Below, in pieces: positions 63,569-64,000 of a DNA stretch of 64,000 bases. The translations under genes were made by a program, and so were the position numbers. Source of the stretch: Pseudomonadota bacterium (GTDB lineage: Bacteria > Pseudomonadota > Gammaproteobacteria > Steroidobacterales > MnTg04). The stretch's first letter is position 1; every line of letters begins with the position of its first letter. A model generated the notes under the pieces. The model saw nothing but the letters and a program-made list of their open reading frames with translations, made no database searches and had not been told where the DNA came from. The stretch lies in contig JACZVC010000016.1 of NCBI GenBank assembly GCA_022572885.1, forward strand, positions 2,646 through 66,645, written 5' to 3'.

Positions 63569-64000
63569 ATGATGGTGACTACTGCGAAAGCCAAAAACGC
63601 GAGCCCGAACAGCGGCAGTCGCTGCAGGTCCGGTCGCGATGCCGGCTGGCTGCGGCTAGGTAGCGCATGGGCGCTACTAGCTGCCCTCTTCGTTTTCGTG
63701 CTTGTCCCCGGGACCTCGGCGGCGGACGTACTGACGTTCCAGCAGGGCGACGGTAAAGGGGCTCCTTCCGATACGGATGATGCCGAGATCAGAGAGACCT
63801 CGACGGTTTTTACTAAAAGAGTCATTGCGTCAACGGATGATGCTGAACAGCAAACAACAAGTACTTTTGGGATGAATTTGACAAGTTTAGATTTAGAATT
63901 ACATGACAGAGGCGGAACGAATGACGGATATGTGGGAATGCGCTGGACCAATGTCACCATCCCACAAGGCGCAACGATTGACAGCGCCAAGATTCAATTT
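63569..64000 (+). CDS. Secreted protein, N-terminal 144 codons (runs off the window end)
   Basis: Not in the ORF track because it is open-ended. ATG 63569 gives MMVTTAKAKNASPNSGSRCRSGRDAGWLRLGSAWALLAALFVFVLVPGTSAADVLTFQQGDG...STDDAEQQTTSTFGMNLTSLDLELHDRGGTNDGYVGMRWTNVTIPQGATIDSAKIQF. It has a hydrophobic signal segment with an AxA-like cleavage site. No stop occurs before the window end. Confidence 0.6.
   Translation, partial: MMVTTAKAKNASPNSGSRCRSGRDAGWLRLGSAWALLAALFVFVLVPGTSAADVLTFQQGDGKGAPSDTDDAEIRETSTVFTKRVIASTDDAEQQTTSTFGMNLTSLDLELHDRGGTNDGYVGMRWTNVTIPQGATIDSAKIQF

Noticed and set aside
63499-63990. 163-aa minus-strand ORF at the window end
   Set aside because: It is opposite a plus-strand frame that has a convincing signal peptide and stays open to the window edge. 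It has no features of its own.

Overview
G+C-rich chromosomal segment with gene order typical of a gammaproteobacterium; the exact taxon cannot be named from sequence alone. About 52 kb (1-52500) is densely packed, mostly minus-strand core genome. It contains sdhCDAB with an SDHAF4-like gene, ygfZ, prfB-lysS, recJ, surE-pcm-yqaA-nlpD-rpoS and ispF-ispD-ftsB-eno-kdsA-pyrG. It also holds the long conserved block tilS-accA-dnaE-rnhB-lpxB-lpxA-fabZ-lpxD-skp-bamA-rseP-dxr-cdsA-uppS-frr-pyrH-tsf-rpsB. On the plus strand lie map-glnD-dapC-dapD-dapE, followed by an OprO/P-type porin, dsbB, tsaB and a YoaA/DinG helicase. Many gene junctions are 1-8 nt overlaps (ATGA/GTGA) and several starts are GTG or TTG. 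The last ~11.5 kb (52594-64000) is accessory. It carries a four-gene same-strand cluster of signal-peptide proteins built from DUF11/TIGR01451-type Ig-like repeats, ending in a 1993-aa protein with an internal OmpA-like domain and a long barrel-like C-terminus. No recognisable chaperone, usher, sortase or secretion ATPase accompanies it, and it is my best candidate for an undescribed surface-fibre or adhesin assembly system. After it come a small lysine-rich ORF, a possible gene relic, and a lower-GC patch with a Schlafen/AlbA_2-like protein and a truncated secreted-protein gene. Other notable points are the prfB +1 frameshift site and ribosomal protein S2 with a ~210-aa Lys/Ala/Pro-rich tail encoded partly by 42-nt tandem repeats. 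There is also an intrinsic terminator directly in front of pyrG, a REP-like hairpin element and a perfect 18-bp palindrome in the nlpD-rpoS spacer. I found no rRNA, tRNA, CRISPR array, transposase or integrase. All calls rest on reading the translations and the DNA by eye, with no database search.
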